Assembly: GCA_963663895.2 (NCBI GenBank)
Contig: CAXXRD010000001.1
Span: forward strand, 824,801-888,800
From: Dehalococcoidia bacterium
Lineage (GTDB): Bacteria; Chloroflexota; Dehalococcoidia; Bin125
Length of the DNA stretch: 64,000 nt
Direction of reading: 5' to 3'
Positions 8,390-17,811 of this stretch are shown here, piece by piece (position 1 is the first letter of the stretch; every line of letters begins with the position of its first letter). The position numbers and the translations under genes were made by a program. The notes beneath the pieces are model-generated. The model did no database searches and had not been told where the DNA came from. It worked only from the letters and a program-made list of their open reading frames with translations.

Positions 8390-10507
8390 TTAGCCCGGCT
8401 CGGACGGAGGCGGCGGCGGGGAAGGAGAGTCGCTGGATAGGGGTGCTGCGGCCAGGAGCTCGGCAACGTCAAAGGCCTGCATCTGGCGCGCCGCGTCCGT
8501 CTCCATCTGCACGGTCGGGAGGCCGGAGTCGAACATTTGGATGCAGAAGGGGCAGGCGGTGCAGGCCTTGTCGGCGCCGGTATCGACGGCCTCGCGGGCA
8601 CGCACCTCGTTGACGCGCTCGCGGCCCTGCTCCTCCATCCACATATTGCCGCCGCCGGCTCCGCAGCAGAGGCCTTGCTCGCGATTGCGGGGCATCTCGA
8701 CCAAGGTGACGTTGGGGATGCGCGTCAAGATACGACGGGGCGCCTCGTAGATATTGTTGTGGCGACCGAGGTAGCAAGAGTCGTGGAACGTGACCGTCTG
8801 CTGGGCCGTGGCTTTGGGCGTGAGCTTGCCCGCGTCGAGCAAGCGCTCCAGCAGGACGGAATGGTGAATGACTTCGTAGGTACCGCCTAACTCGGGGTAC
8901 TCGTTCTTGAACGTGTTGAAGCAGTGCGGGCAGTGGGTCACGATCTTTTTGACACCAGCCTCGTCGAGCGTAGCGATGAGCTGCTGGGCGAGGATCTGGA
9001 AGAGATACTCGTTGCCGAGGCGGCGGGCAGGGTCGCCGTTGCAGGGTTCGTTGAGACCGAGCACGCCAAAGGAGACGCCCGCGTCCTTCAGCAAGGTCAC
9101 CACCGAGCGCGTGATCGACTGCGCCCGATCGACCAGGGCCCCGGTGCAGCCCACGAAGTAGAGATACTCCTGCTCTCCAGTCCAGGGCGGGACTTCGAGC
9201 CCCTCCATCCAGGACTCACGGGTATGGGCCGTGCCGCGCCAGGGATGGCCCTGCCGCTCTAGGGTTTCGAGGGCGCCTTGCACGGACTCGGGCATGCGCG
9301 CCTCTTCCATCACGAGACTGCGGCGCATGTCGACGATGGTGGGAATGTGCTCGATAAAGACCGGGCATTCCTGGACACAGGCTCCGCAGGTACGGCAGGC
9401 CCAGAGCGCCTCCTCGGTGACCGCGCCGCCGATCATGGAGGGCGCCCCGTCGAGGCCTGCGTCAAGGGCGGCGCCACGGGCCTGGTTGGTGGCCATGCGG
9501 GCACCGACGGTGGAGGCATGGTCCTTGAGATTGAGGATGATGTGCATCGGAGAGAGCGGTTGGCCGGCGATGTCGGCGGGGCAGGCGCTGGTACAGCGGC
9601 CACAGTGGACGCAGGCATCGAGTTCGAACAGCTGCTTCATGGAGAAGTGATTGAGCTGGCTGGCGCCGAAGTGCTCGGCTTCCTCAATGTTGGGGATGAG
9701 CGGCAACTTGCCGGAGGAAGCCGGGTTCCTGAGGAACGCATTGAGCGGCGCGGCAACGACATGGTTGAGCTTGGTGTAGCCCAGCAGGCCGAGCCAGCTG
9801 AGCGCGGTGACCATGTGAAACCACCAGAGGGCTTGGTGCAGGTCGAGCTGGGTGGTCGTGCTGAAGCCGCCGAAGATCTTCGCCACGACCCAGCCGCCCG
9901 GGGACCAGATGGCCCAGCCGGGGTTCTCGTGGATCTCCGAAGAGGCGATGCGCAGCCCTTCAACCAAGAAGCCGGTGATGAGAAGCGCGCCGAGCCCGCC
10001 GAGAATCGCCCAGTCCTCCCAGCGCAGCTCCCAGCGAGTGCGCGGCCGCACCCAGCGATGCGCAACCGCCAAGCCGACGCCGATCAGCCCCACGATCCCG
10101 AAGATGTCGCCGACGAGCGAGTAGCCGAGATAGCGGTCGCCGACGAGGATGCGGACTTCATCGTCGGGGAGGTAGTCATCAATGGCGAGGAGAGCGGTGA
10201 CCAGGAAGAGGACCACGATGCTGGACATCAGGCAGGCGTGCATGAGTCCGGAGTAGGGATCGTTGAGCACGCGCTCCGTGGCGAAGCCGCCGCGCACGAC
10301 ATTGCGCAGCCGGGCGCGGGGATTATCGAAGCGGAAGTCGGGCCGGCCGAGCCGCCAGATGCGGGAGCGCCGGATGAGCGGGTAGACGATGACGGCGACG
10401 AGAAGCGGCAAGAGTGCGTAGAGCACCCAGAAGTGATCGATATTGAAGAAGATCTCGCGGTGCGGCCCGTCGAAGCGGGCGGTCTCGGCAGCGCTGAGCA
10501 GCAGCAG
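8390..10507 (-). CDS. FadF-like membrane Fe-S oxidoreductase (cytochrome b-like TM domain, 2x[4Fe-4S], CCG domains); likely ETF:quinone oxidoreductase
   Basis: TM helices with His, CVHCGRCTSACP, CRTCGACVQECP, CPHC, HDSCYLGR and CCGAGGG. The start is uncertain; a CTG after GGAGGT at 10501-10507 is proposed. Confidence 0.85.
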   Translation of the reverse strand: MLLLSAAETARFDGPHREIFFNIDHFWVLYALLPLLVAVIVYPLIRRSRIWRLGRPDFRFDNPRARLRNVVRGGFATERVLNDPYSGLMHACLMSSIVVLFLVTALLAIDDYLPDDEVRILVGDRYLGYSLVGDIFGIVGLIGVGLAVAHRWVRPRTRWELRWEDWAILGGLGALLITGFLVEGLRIASSEIHENPGWAIWSPGGWVVAKIFGGFSTTTQLDLHQALWWFHMVTALSWLGLLGYTKLNHVVAAPLNAFLRNPASSGKLPLIPNIEEAEHFGASQLNHFSMKQLFELDACVHCGRCTSACPADIAGQPLSPMHIILNLKDHASTVGARMATNQARGAALDAGLDGAPSMIGGAVTEEALWACRTCGACVQECPVFIEHIPTIVDMRRSLVMEEARMPESVQGALETLERQGHPWRGTAHTRESWMEGLEVPPWTGEQEYLYFVGCTGALVDRAQSITRSVVTLLKDAGVSFGVLGLNEPCNGDPARRLGNEYLFQILAQQLIATLDEAGVKKIVTHCPHCFNTFKNEYPELGGTYEVIHHSVLLERLLDAGKLTPKATAQQTVTFHDSCYLGRHNNIYEAPRRILTRIPNVTLVEMPRNREQGLCCGAGGGNMWMEEQGRERVNEVRAREAVDTGADKACTACPFCIQMFDSGLPTVQMETDAARQMQAFDVAELLAAAPLSSDSPSPPPPPSEPG

Positions 10508-10661
10508 ACCTCCGAGCGGGATCCACAGGGGGATGGCGAGGCCGAGCAGTGGACGCGCGCGCTTGGCAGCGGGACGCCGTCGGGCGCGCGACGGACGGGA
10601 CCGGCCGGAGGTGGAGGAGGTGATGCGGCGCCCCCGATCGAGTGCGCCCCCAGGGGCGCGG

Positions 10662-12224
10662 CTAGTGGGAATCGGCGCCCCCGTGGGCTTGGCGGATCTC
10701 GTTCTTGAGAAGCTTACCCATGTGATTGCGGGGGAGATCGGATACGAGCGCAAGGTAGGCGGGGGCTTTGTAGCTCGCGAGCCGACTCTTGGTGTACGCC
10801 ACCACCTCGTCGAGCTTGGGCGTGCTACCAGCGGCCGGAACGACGACCGCCTTCACGACTTCGCCCCACTCGTTGTCAGGGACGCCGATCACGGCGACGG
10901 CGGCGATGGCAGGGTGATCTTCAAGGACCTGTTCGATCTCGCCGGGGGCGATGTTCTCGCCGCCGCGGATGATGAGGTCCTTGGTGCGGCCCGTGATGAA
11001 GAGGTAGCCGTCTTCGTCGAGATAGCCGACATCGCCCGTGTGGAGCCAGCCGTCGTGAATGGCTTCGTTCGTGGCATCCTCTTGCTTGTAGTAGCCCTTC
11101 ATGATGCGGGCAGACTGGACGCAGATCTCCCCCTCTTCGCCGGAGGCGAGGATCTGGCCTTGCGGGTCCTGGATGGTGATGTCGACATCGTCCATGGAAC
11201 GGCCGACCGAGCGCAGCCGCCGTATCTTCTTCGCGTTTTCTTCGTCGGAGCCGTCGAGACGGTGGTCGTCAGGACCGAGGAACGTGACGGTGGAAGTGGA
11301 CTCCGTCTGGCCGTAGGCGTTCATGAGGTCGGCGCTGAAGACATCGATCGCTTTGCGCACGACTTCGAAGGGCATGGGCGCGGCGCCGTAGGTGATGAGG
11401 CGCAGGCTGTCGCCCTTGAAGCTCGCGAACTCCGGCGCCTCCATGATGCGCTTCAGCATCGTGGGGACGACCATGCTGTGGGTCACGCCGTGCTTGTCGA
11501 CGGCTTCGATCCAGCCGGCGGGGCTGAACTGGGGGAGCAGGACGAGGGCGCGGCCTCCCCAGATCGACGAGATCATGGCGGTGGCGCCGGCGATGTGGAA
11601 GAGCGGCACACTGAGCAATGTGCGGTCTTGGCCGGCGCTGGGGTCGGCGGGAGCCATGGTATTGGTGACGTAGACGGTGAAGTCTCCGTAGGAGACGACG
11701 ACCCCCTTGGGTATCGCCGTGGTCCCGGACGTGTACATGAGAATGGTCGGCGCGTCGTCGTCGACTTCGGTGTAGACGAATTCGTCGCTGCCGCTCGCGA
11801 CAAGCTCGGGGTAGTGGATCATGCCGTCGCGCTTGGTTTCGAACGTGACGGCGTGCTGCAGGGCGGTCAGCCCGGGCCGGAGTTGATCGAGCAGATCCAG
11901 GTAGCGGTCCGAGACGAAGAGCGCCTTCACTTCGGAGGTGTTGAGCATGTAGGTCAGCTCTTCGGTCTTGGCGCGGTAGTTGAGCGGGACGAAGATCAGG
12001 CCGAGCTTGGCGCAGGCGTAGTAGACGATCACGTACTCCGAGGAATTGACGGACATGCTGCCGACGTGGTCGCCCGCGCGCAGGCCCAGCGCTTGCAGTG
12101 CGTTGGCAAGCTTGGTGACGTGCGCCGCCATCTCCGCGTAGGTGTACTGGCGCTCGCCACAGATCAGAGCAGGGCGGTCCGGCACCACGCCCGACGAGAT
12201 GTCCAGGAATTCCGCCGTGTTCAT
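10662..12224 (-). CDS. Acyl-CoA synthetase (AMP-forming)
   Basis: YTSGTTAIPKG, YGQTE, GWLHTGD, GGENIAP and A10 Lys (GKLLK). Confidence 0.93.
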   Translation of the reverse strand: MNTAEFLDISSGVVPDRPALICGERQYTYAEMAAHVTKLANALQALGLRAGDHVGSMSVNSSEYVIVYYACAKLGLIFVPLNYRAKTEELTYMLNTSEVKALFVSDRYLDLLDQLRPGLTALQHAVTFETKRDGMIHYPELVASGSDEFVYTEVDDDAPTILMYTSGTTAIPKGVVVSYGDFTVYVTNTMAPADPSAGQDRTLLSVPLFHIAGATAMISSIWGGRALVLLPQFSPAGWIEAVDKHGVTHSMVVPTMLKRIMEAPEFASFKGDSLRLITYGAAPMPFEVVRKAIDVFSADLMNAYGQTESTSTVTFLGPDDHRLDGSDEENAKKIRRLRSVGRSMDDVDITIQDPQGQILASGEEGEICVQSARIMKGYYKQEDATNEAIHDGWLHTGDVGYLDEDGYLFITGRTKDLIIRGGENIAPGEIEQVLEDHPAIAAVAVIGVPDNEWGEVVKAVVVPAAGSTPKLDEVVAYTKSRLASYKAPAYLALVSDLPRNHMGKLLKNEIRQAHGGADSH

Positions 12225-12404
12225 CGCCCCTCCTCAGTTAACGAACCCGTCACGCCCGGATCGGCGTCCTGTTCGGCACTCTGCCGCGCGACGACGCCTG
12301 CACACCGCCAGGAACCGGCTTGCTCGCCGAGGGCTTGCCCAATGGCGCGGGCGCCCCCGCATGATCTCCAACGGCTGTTGCTCATGTCCAGCCCCATGCG
12401 ACGG

Positions 12405-13118
12405 CTAGCCGCGGAATGATATCGCGGTAAGCGCGTCGCGGCGGAGAGCGGCGTCCATGGGAAGCTCAAGCCCGCGACGGATCGCGCGCTTGAGCGCGCG
12501 CGACAGGGCGGGGCGGTCCCGCTGGAGTGAGCGGGCCAGTTGGGTGACCGCCGAATCGAGCCGGGCAGGCGGGACGACGCGGTTGACGAGGCCCCAGCGC
12601 AGCGCTTGGTCCGCGGTCAGCTCTTCGCCGCTGCAGACCACCCCCAGCGCCACCCCCGGCGCCATCATGCGGGGAAGCATTTGCGTGCCGCCGGCGGAAG
12701 GGATGTAGCCCAGCCCAACCTCCGGCAGTGCGATGCGGGCGTCGTCTGCGGCGACACGGAGATCACAGTAGAGGGCAAGCTCGATACCGGCGCCGTAGCA
12801 ATAGCCGTGCAGCGCCGCGATCGTCAGACAGGGGATCTCTTCCAACAGCCACCACAGGTCGCGCTGGCGCCGGGCCTCGCGGGCCGCCCAGAGCGAAGGG
12901 GCCGTGCCGAAGTCCCCGATGTCGGCGCCGGCGGAGAAGCTGTCGCCAGCGCCGCCGATACAGAGGACCTGTAAGTCGGGATCATCGCGGGCGGCTCGGA
13001 GATAGGTCCAGAGCACGTCGCGGGTGGCCAGATCGATGGCGTTGTGCTTGTGGGGGCGGTTGAGTGCGAGATAAGCGGTGGCACCGCTCTTCGTGTAGCG
13101 GACGGCTTCCTCGGCCAC
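12405..13118 (-). CDS. Enoyl-CoA hydratase/isomerase family protein
   Basis: LNRP, FSAGADI, GAGIELALYCD and LPEVGLG; both catalytic Glu are present. Confidence 0.9.
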   Translation of the reverse strand: MAEEAVRYTKSGATAYLALNRPHKHNAIDLATRDVLWTYLRAARDDPDLQVLCIGGAGDSFSAGADIGDFGTAPSLWAAREARRQRDLWWLLEEIPCLTIAALHGYCYGAGIELALYCDLRVAADDARIALPEVGLGYIPSAGGTQMLPRMMAPGVALGVVCSGEELTADQALRWGLVNRVVPPARLDSAVTQLARSLQRDRPALSRALKRAIRRGLELPMDAALRRDALTAISFRG

Positions 13119-13127
13119 GCGGAAGGC

Positions 13128-13370
13128 TCAGCGCCAGTCGGGGCGGTGGGTAGGACGGCGCCGACGGATCTCGTAGAGCCGCGCCAGATCTTGATTCATC
13201 TTCTCCTGCAGGGACTGCATCTCCTCGCCGCCGACGCGCATCTCGTTGGTCTTCCAACGCCGGACCTTGGCCCGGTCGCCTTTGGCGATCTCGACATCCG
13301 CGAGCACCGCGTTGAAGACGTGCGACATCAGCGCCCAGCACTCTTCGGTATCAAGCGCGATTTTGACCAT
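13128..13370 (-). CDS. Small hypothetical protein (paralog of 13392..13637)
   Basis: 80 aa with an RBS-like G-run, in operon position, and clear similarity to its neighbour. Confidence 0.8.
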   Translation of the reverse strand: MVKIALDTEECWALMSHVFNAVLADVEIAKGDRAKVRRWKTNEMRVGGEEMQSLQEKMNQDLARLYEIRRRRPTHRPDWR

Positions 13371-13391
13371 ACTTCCCCCCTCTCCGGACCA

Positions 13392-13637
13392 CTACGCCTT
13401 GCGAAAGTAGTCTTTGCGACGGATGACGCGCGTCAGCTCCTCGTCGATCCGGTTACCGAGCGCCTCGTTCATGCCGTAGGCGAGCTGCAGCATAAGCTCG
13501 GAGCCCTCGTTGTGCTCGTGCCGCCACTCGCGCAGGGCGTCCGCAGTTTTCTCGTCGATCTCCACTTGGTCGATCACTTGCGCCACGATCAACGACATCA
13601 GCGACCAGGCTTCCTCTTCGTCTAACAGAATGCGCAT
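13392..13637 (-). CDS. Small hypothetical protein (paralog of 13128..13370)
   Basis: 81 aa with a GGAG RBS, in operon position; shares I.LD.EE.W.LMS...VEI...R.W...MN..L with its neighbour. Confidence 0.8.
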   Translation of the reverse strand: MRILLDEEEAWSLMSLIVAQVIDQVEIDEKTADALREWRHEHNEGSELMLQLAYGMNEALGNRIDEELTRVIRRKDYFRKA

Positions 13638-13663
13638 GCCGGCTCCGCTTCCCCGGGCTGGTA

Positions 13664-14389
13664 TCAGCTCCCCCGAAAGCGGGGAGAGCGCTTCTCGATG
13701 AACGCGCGCACTCCCTCGGCTCGGTCGTCGGTAGCCTGCAGAAGCACGGTGAGATCAGTTTCATAGCGTAGCGCTTGATCGAGGGGGAGCTCGACCCCGC
13801 GACGCACCGCCTCTTTGGCGAGGCGCGTCGCGACCGGTCCCCGGGCGGCGATCACGCCTGCGCGTCGCTCGGCCTCGGCCAGCGGATCAGGGACGACAGC
13901 GCTCACCAGACCCCAGGTGAGCGCCGCAGCAGCAGCGACGGCGTGATCGGCGAGGCTGAGCTCGAGTGCGCGGCTGCGACCGATCGTCCGGCTAAGGCGC
14001 TGGAGGCCGCCGGCGATGGGGAAGGAGGGAGCGTGGGGATCGAGGATGGCGAAACGGGCATTGGCGCCGGCGATCCGAATGTCGGCGCAGAGAGCCAGCT
14101 CCAAGCCCCCGCCGACGATATCGCCTTCCAAGGCGGCGATGACCGGTTGGGGCAGGGCAGCGAGCGATCCAAAGGGATCGCCGATCAACGCCTCGGGGGG
14201 AGCGGGCCCCCAGCCCGCCCAGGCGCTGCCATCGGCGGTCAGAAGGAGGACGCGCGGCCCTTCCTCCGTGCCGGCCTGCACGAGCGTCTCGCAGGCCGCG
14301 GCAAGGTCGGCGACGAGATCAGCATCGAGCGGCCCGCCGAGCGACAGGCGGGCGATGGGACCGTCATGGGAGATCGAACAGCGCAGCAT
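13664..14389 (-). CDS. Divergent enoyl-CoA hydratase/isomerase family protein
   Basis: GGGLELALCADIR and EGVRAFIEKRSPRF are present. The oxyanion motif and second Glu are degenerate. Confidence 0.85.
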   Translation of the reverse strand: MLRCSISHDGPIARLSLGGPLDADLVADLAAACETLVQAGTEEGPRVLLLTADGSAWAGWGPAPPEALIGDPFGSLAALPQPVIAALEGDIVGGGLELALCADIRIAGANARFAILDPHAPSFPIAGGLQRLSRTIGRSRALELSLADHAVAAAAALTWGLVSAVVPDPLAEAERRAGVIAARGPVATRLAKEAVRRGVELPLDQALRYETDLTVLLQATDDRAEGVRAFIEKRSPRFRGS

Positions 14390-14475
14390 CGCGAAGGGAT
14401 TCTAGCGCCGTGCCGCGGCAGGGCCTTGACCCACGCACTACCATGCCGACGATTCAGCAGAGACGGAGTGCCGCC

Positions 14476-15285
14476 ATGCCCGATTTCGACCGCTATCAGT
14501 TCCTGCAAATCAGTCGCGACGGGCCCGTGCTCGTGATCACGCTGAACCGGCCGGAGCGCCTCAACGCGATTCACGGCCCGATGCACACGGAGCTGGCGAC
14601 GATCTTCCGCGACGCGAACGAGGACGAAGACTCGCGGGCAGTGCTCCTGACGGGAGCGGGGCGGGGTTTCTGCGCCGGCGGCGATGTGCGCGGGATGCAA
14701 GAGCGGGAGAGCAGCGACAGCGTGTTGAACGTGGCATTCCGCACGGTGCGCACGGAGGCGCAAGAGATCGTGCACAGCATGCTGGACCTGCAGAAGCCGC
14801 TGGTCGGCGCGATCAACGGACCGGCAGTGGGTCTGGGATCGACGATCGCGTTGCTGTGCGATGTGGTGATCGCATCGGAGCGCGCCCGGATCGGCGATAC
14901 GCACGTAGCGGTGGGGCTCGTCGCCGGCGACGGGGGCTGCCTTATCTGGCCGGCGATTGTGGGGATCAACAAGGCCAAGGAGCTCTTGATGACCGGCGAA
15001 TTGATCACGGGCGACGATCTGCTGCGGCTGGGCATCGTCAACCACTTGGTGCCCGAAGACGACTTGCCACGCGCGGCGATGGAGATGGCCCAGCGGCTGG
15101 CGGGGATGGCGCCCTTCGCGGCGCGCGCGACCAAGGTGACGATCAATAAGCTACTCAAGGAACGGGCCGAAACCGTGCTGGACGTTGGCTTGGCCTGGGA
15201 GGCGATCTCCGCGCGGAGCGCGGATCACCGGGAGGCCATCGCCGCGTTCATGGAGAAGCGGCCGCCGACGTTCCACGGCCGTTAG
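14476..15285 (+). CDS. Crotonase-family protein with His/Asp active site (beta-diketone hydrolase-like)
   Basis: LNRPERLNA, FCAGGD and GDTHVAVGLVAGDGGCLIWP; GGAG RBS before ATG 14476. Confidence 0.85.
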   Translation: MPDFDRYQFLQISRDGPVLVITLNRPERLNAIHGPMHTELATIFRDANEDEDSRAVLLTGAGRGFCAGGDVRGMQERESSDSVLNVAFRTVRTEAQEIVHSMLDLQKPLVGAINGPAVGLGSTIALLCDVVIASERARIGDTHVAVGLVAGDGGCLIWPAIVGINKAKELLMTGELITGDDLLRLGIVNHLVPEDDLPRAAMEMAQRLAGMAPFAARATKVTINKLLKERAETVLDVGLAWEAISARSADHREAIAAFMEKRPPTFHGR

Positions 15286-17737
15286 GAACGAGCTCGAGCC
15301 GCTGGCGCGCGGCGGCCTCCACCGCCGCGCGCTGCATGTGCAGTGGACGGTAGCGGCCCTGCCGCCAATCGTGGAGTAGGTCCACGGGTTGCGCCCCGCC
15401 GCGCTGTCCAGACTGGGCGCCGGCGAGCGCGAATTCCGCGCGCGGCTGCGGCCCCATCTCCACGATGAGTCGGAGAATGGGCACTCCGACCACGGGAGCG
15501 AAGGCGTCGGTCGAGAGTGGCGCGGCCTGCCAGACGGTGTTGGCGTCGCCGCAGAGCGGGTAGGGACCCTGGTTGAAGAGGCGCCCCAGGACCGGTGACT
15601 CGCCGAAGACGTGACGGACGTGGAGCTGATGGCAGCGGCCCCAGGTCCAGCGCTCGGGGCGAGAGCCGAGGCGATCGCGCAGGATCGCGAGAGCGTCGCG
15701 GAAGGCGCGCGTGAGGGCGGTGTTCCAGACCGTGCGCCCGTCGACACCGGACGCAACAGGGCCAAACCACTCAGCGGGGGATTCGTCCAGGAGTCCCATG
15801 AGCATGGAAGCTGCTCGGGCGAGGATGGGATTGATGGTGGGAACGGGAAGCAGGTCGGCGAAGAAGACGGGAGTGGCGGCGCCGAGCTTTGCTCGCAGAA
15901 CCGTGTCCAGCAAGCGCCCGAACGTGGCCGCCGCGACCGCGGCCGGAACGGAGTCCGGCGCCATATCGCCGTTCCAGTCGCGCAGGGCACCGAGGAGGCG
16001 GCGCTCCGTCGCACTCCGCGGAGTGATGGAGAGCAGATGATCGCGCAGAGCCAGCATCGGCAGCGAGCGGCAGTCGATCTGCAGCTCGCGGGCAGCTTCA
16101 AAACTGTCCATCCCTTCGCTGCAAAGCGCTTGACCGATGCGCCGCGCGCGGAAGGCGTCGAGGGCTTCGACTCGGAAGCCGAGCTGCGCGGCAGGAGCGA
16201 GCGCGTTATTGGCGCTCCAGACGCGGCCCGCGGCGGGATTGAAGGTGGAGGGCAGCTCGTCGCGAGGGATGTAGCCGTCCCAGTCGAAGGCCGGATCCCA
16301 GCCGGGCGCGGGCAGCCAGCCGGCTGCGGGAGTACGGCGCTTGGGGATGGCACCGCAGGTCTGCATGCCGATCTGCCCTTCGCCGTCGCTGTAAGCGAAG
16401 CAGAGGTTGAATTCGTGGAACTCCGCGAGCGCGGCGCGGAAGCTCGCGAAGTCGTGCGTCGCGTTGAGGGCCAGCAGCGCCTTGGCCGACTGCCAAGGCT
16501 CGTTCAGCGTCGAGCGCAGCGCGAGGGCCAAGCGCACGCCGTGGACCTGCGAGGAGACGACGGGGCCGTGACGGGTCATGGGAACGCGGTGGTGCTCGTC
16601 CGGGAAGCCCCGGACGCGGATCCGTTCGTGGACGTAGTCCGGCTGCTCCCAGCCGTCGGGCGTGCGGTAGCGACCCCGGTCGTCGAATTCCTCGACGTAG
16701 AGATCCTGCGTGACGGCGAGACCGGCCGTGGGACCCCAAGCGACATGGCGATTGAAGCCCCAGATCACCCCGGGCAGGCCGGGAAACGTGGCCCCCGCGA
16801 CCGACCACTCGGGACAGTCGAGATGCAGGAAGTAGCCCGAAGGCGGGACGTTCGCAGAGAGGTGCGGGTCGGCGGCGAGGAAGGCGTGGCCGGAGTCGGT
16901 CTTGTGTCCGGCCACGGCCCAGTTGTTGCTACCGAAGCCGGCGGTGGTGAGCCCGGTGAGCTTGACGATCTCGGCATAGCCGCTCCGCAAGTCTTGGCTC
17001 AGCGCGCCGTACGGCGCGCCGGGAGGCACAACCACGGGATCATCCGGAGAGGGCGACGGGTCGATGGCGAGGAGCACGTCCAGGCCCGCCGCTTCGACGA
17101 GGCGGGCGCGCTCGATCTGCTCCAGCCAGCCGGGAGCGAGGAAGAAGGCAAGCGCCTTGGCGCCCTGAACGGAGTGCTCGGGACGCCAGTCTTCAGGCTG
17201 GTAGTTGAGGATGCGGACCTCGAGCGGGGGTGGGGTGCAGGTGATGGCGGCTTGGATACCGGCAAGGTAGGGAGCGACCTCGTCGCGGACATCGTCCGGA
17301 GTCCGGGCCCAAGCGTCGACCGAGGCGCGGTGCAGGCCGATGTAGCGCATAAGCCGGTCCATCGGCAGGCCGGATGGACCGACGACCTCCGCCAGCCGGC
17401 CGGCGGCCATCCGCCGGAAGATCTCCATCTGCCAGAAGCGATCCTGCACGTGGACGAAGCCCATGGCGAAGAGCGCGTCGGCGGCGCTCTGGGCGTAGCA
17501 ATGCGGCACGCCGAACTCGTCGCGGAGGATCTCGATGGGTGCGTCCGGCCCGTCGACAACGATGCGCCCTTGGCGTTGCGGCCGCGGGGCGCCGGACAGC
17601 GTTTCCACGGCGATGGCCCGAAGGAACGCGGTCGCCTGGTTGGTGAAGAACTTGGCGCTCCGCCCCCAGTGACGCAGTTGGGCAGGCGGGGTTGCGCGCG
17701 CTACGGCGGGGGGATGGAGATCGCTTGGGATAGGCAC
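15248..17737 (-). CDS. Penicillin acylase family (Ntn-hydrolase) protein
   Basis: RDEFGVPH, QDRFWQM, GSNNW (nucleophile Ser), DPHL, TRHGP and GAQSG. Confidence 0.92.
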   Translation of the reverse strand: MPIPSDLHPPAVARATPPAQLRHWGRSAKFFTNQATAFLRAIAVETLSGAPRPQRQGRIVVDGPDAPIEILRDEFGVPHCYAQSAADALFAMGFVHVQDRFWQMEIFRRMAAGRLAEVVGPSGLPMDRLMRYIGLHRASVDAWARTPDDVRDEVAPYLAGIQAAITCTPPPLEVRILNYQPEDWRPEHSVQGAKALAFFLAPGWLEQIERARLVEAAGLDVLLAIDPSPSPDDPVVVPPGAPYGALSQDLRSGYAEIVKLTGLTTAGFGSNNWAVAGHKTDSGHAFLAADPHLSANVPPSGYFLHLDCPEWSVAGATFPGLPGVIWGFNRHVAWGPTAGLAVTQDLYVEEFDDRGRYRTPDGWEQPDYVHERIRVRGFPDEHHRVPMTRHGPVVSSQVHGVRLALALRSTLNEPWQSAKALLALNATHDFASFRAALAEFHEFNLCFAYSDGEGQIGMQTCGAIPKRRTPAAGWLPAPGWDPAFDWDGYIPRDELPSTFNPAAGRVWSANNALAPAAQLGFRVEALDAFRARRIGQALCSEGMDSFEAARELQIDCRSLPMLALRDHLLSITPRSATERRLLGALRDWNGDMAPDSVPAAVAAATFGRLLDTVLRAKLGAATPVFFADLLPVPTINPILARAASMLMGLLDESPAEWFGPVASGVDGRTVWNTALTRAFRDALAILRDRLGSRPERWTWGRCHQLHVRHVFGESPVLGRLFNQGPYPLCGDANTVWQAAPLSTDAFAPVVGVPILRLIVEMGPQPRAEFALAGAQSGQRGGAQPVDLLHDWRQGRYRPLHMQRAAVEAAARQRLELVPNGRGTSAAASP

Positions 17738-17811
17738 CGCGCAGGGAGCGTACAGGAACGCGCCCTGTGCGAAAGCGGGAATGCAGCGGAGGCGCTGCTA
17801 TCCTGCGCGCG

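Noticed and set aside
10443-12419. Long antisense ORFs (e.g. 658 aa here; also 15611..17848, 31535..33079, 59842..61740)
   Set aside because: They are shadow ORFs opposite well-supported genes, expected in high-GC DNA, and carry no recognisable motifs.
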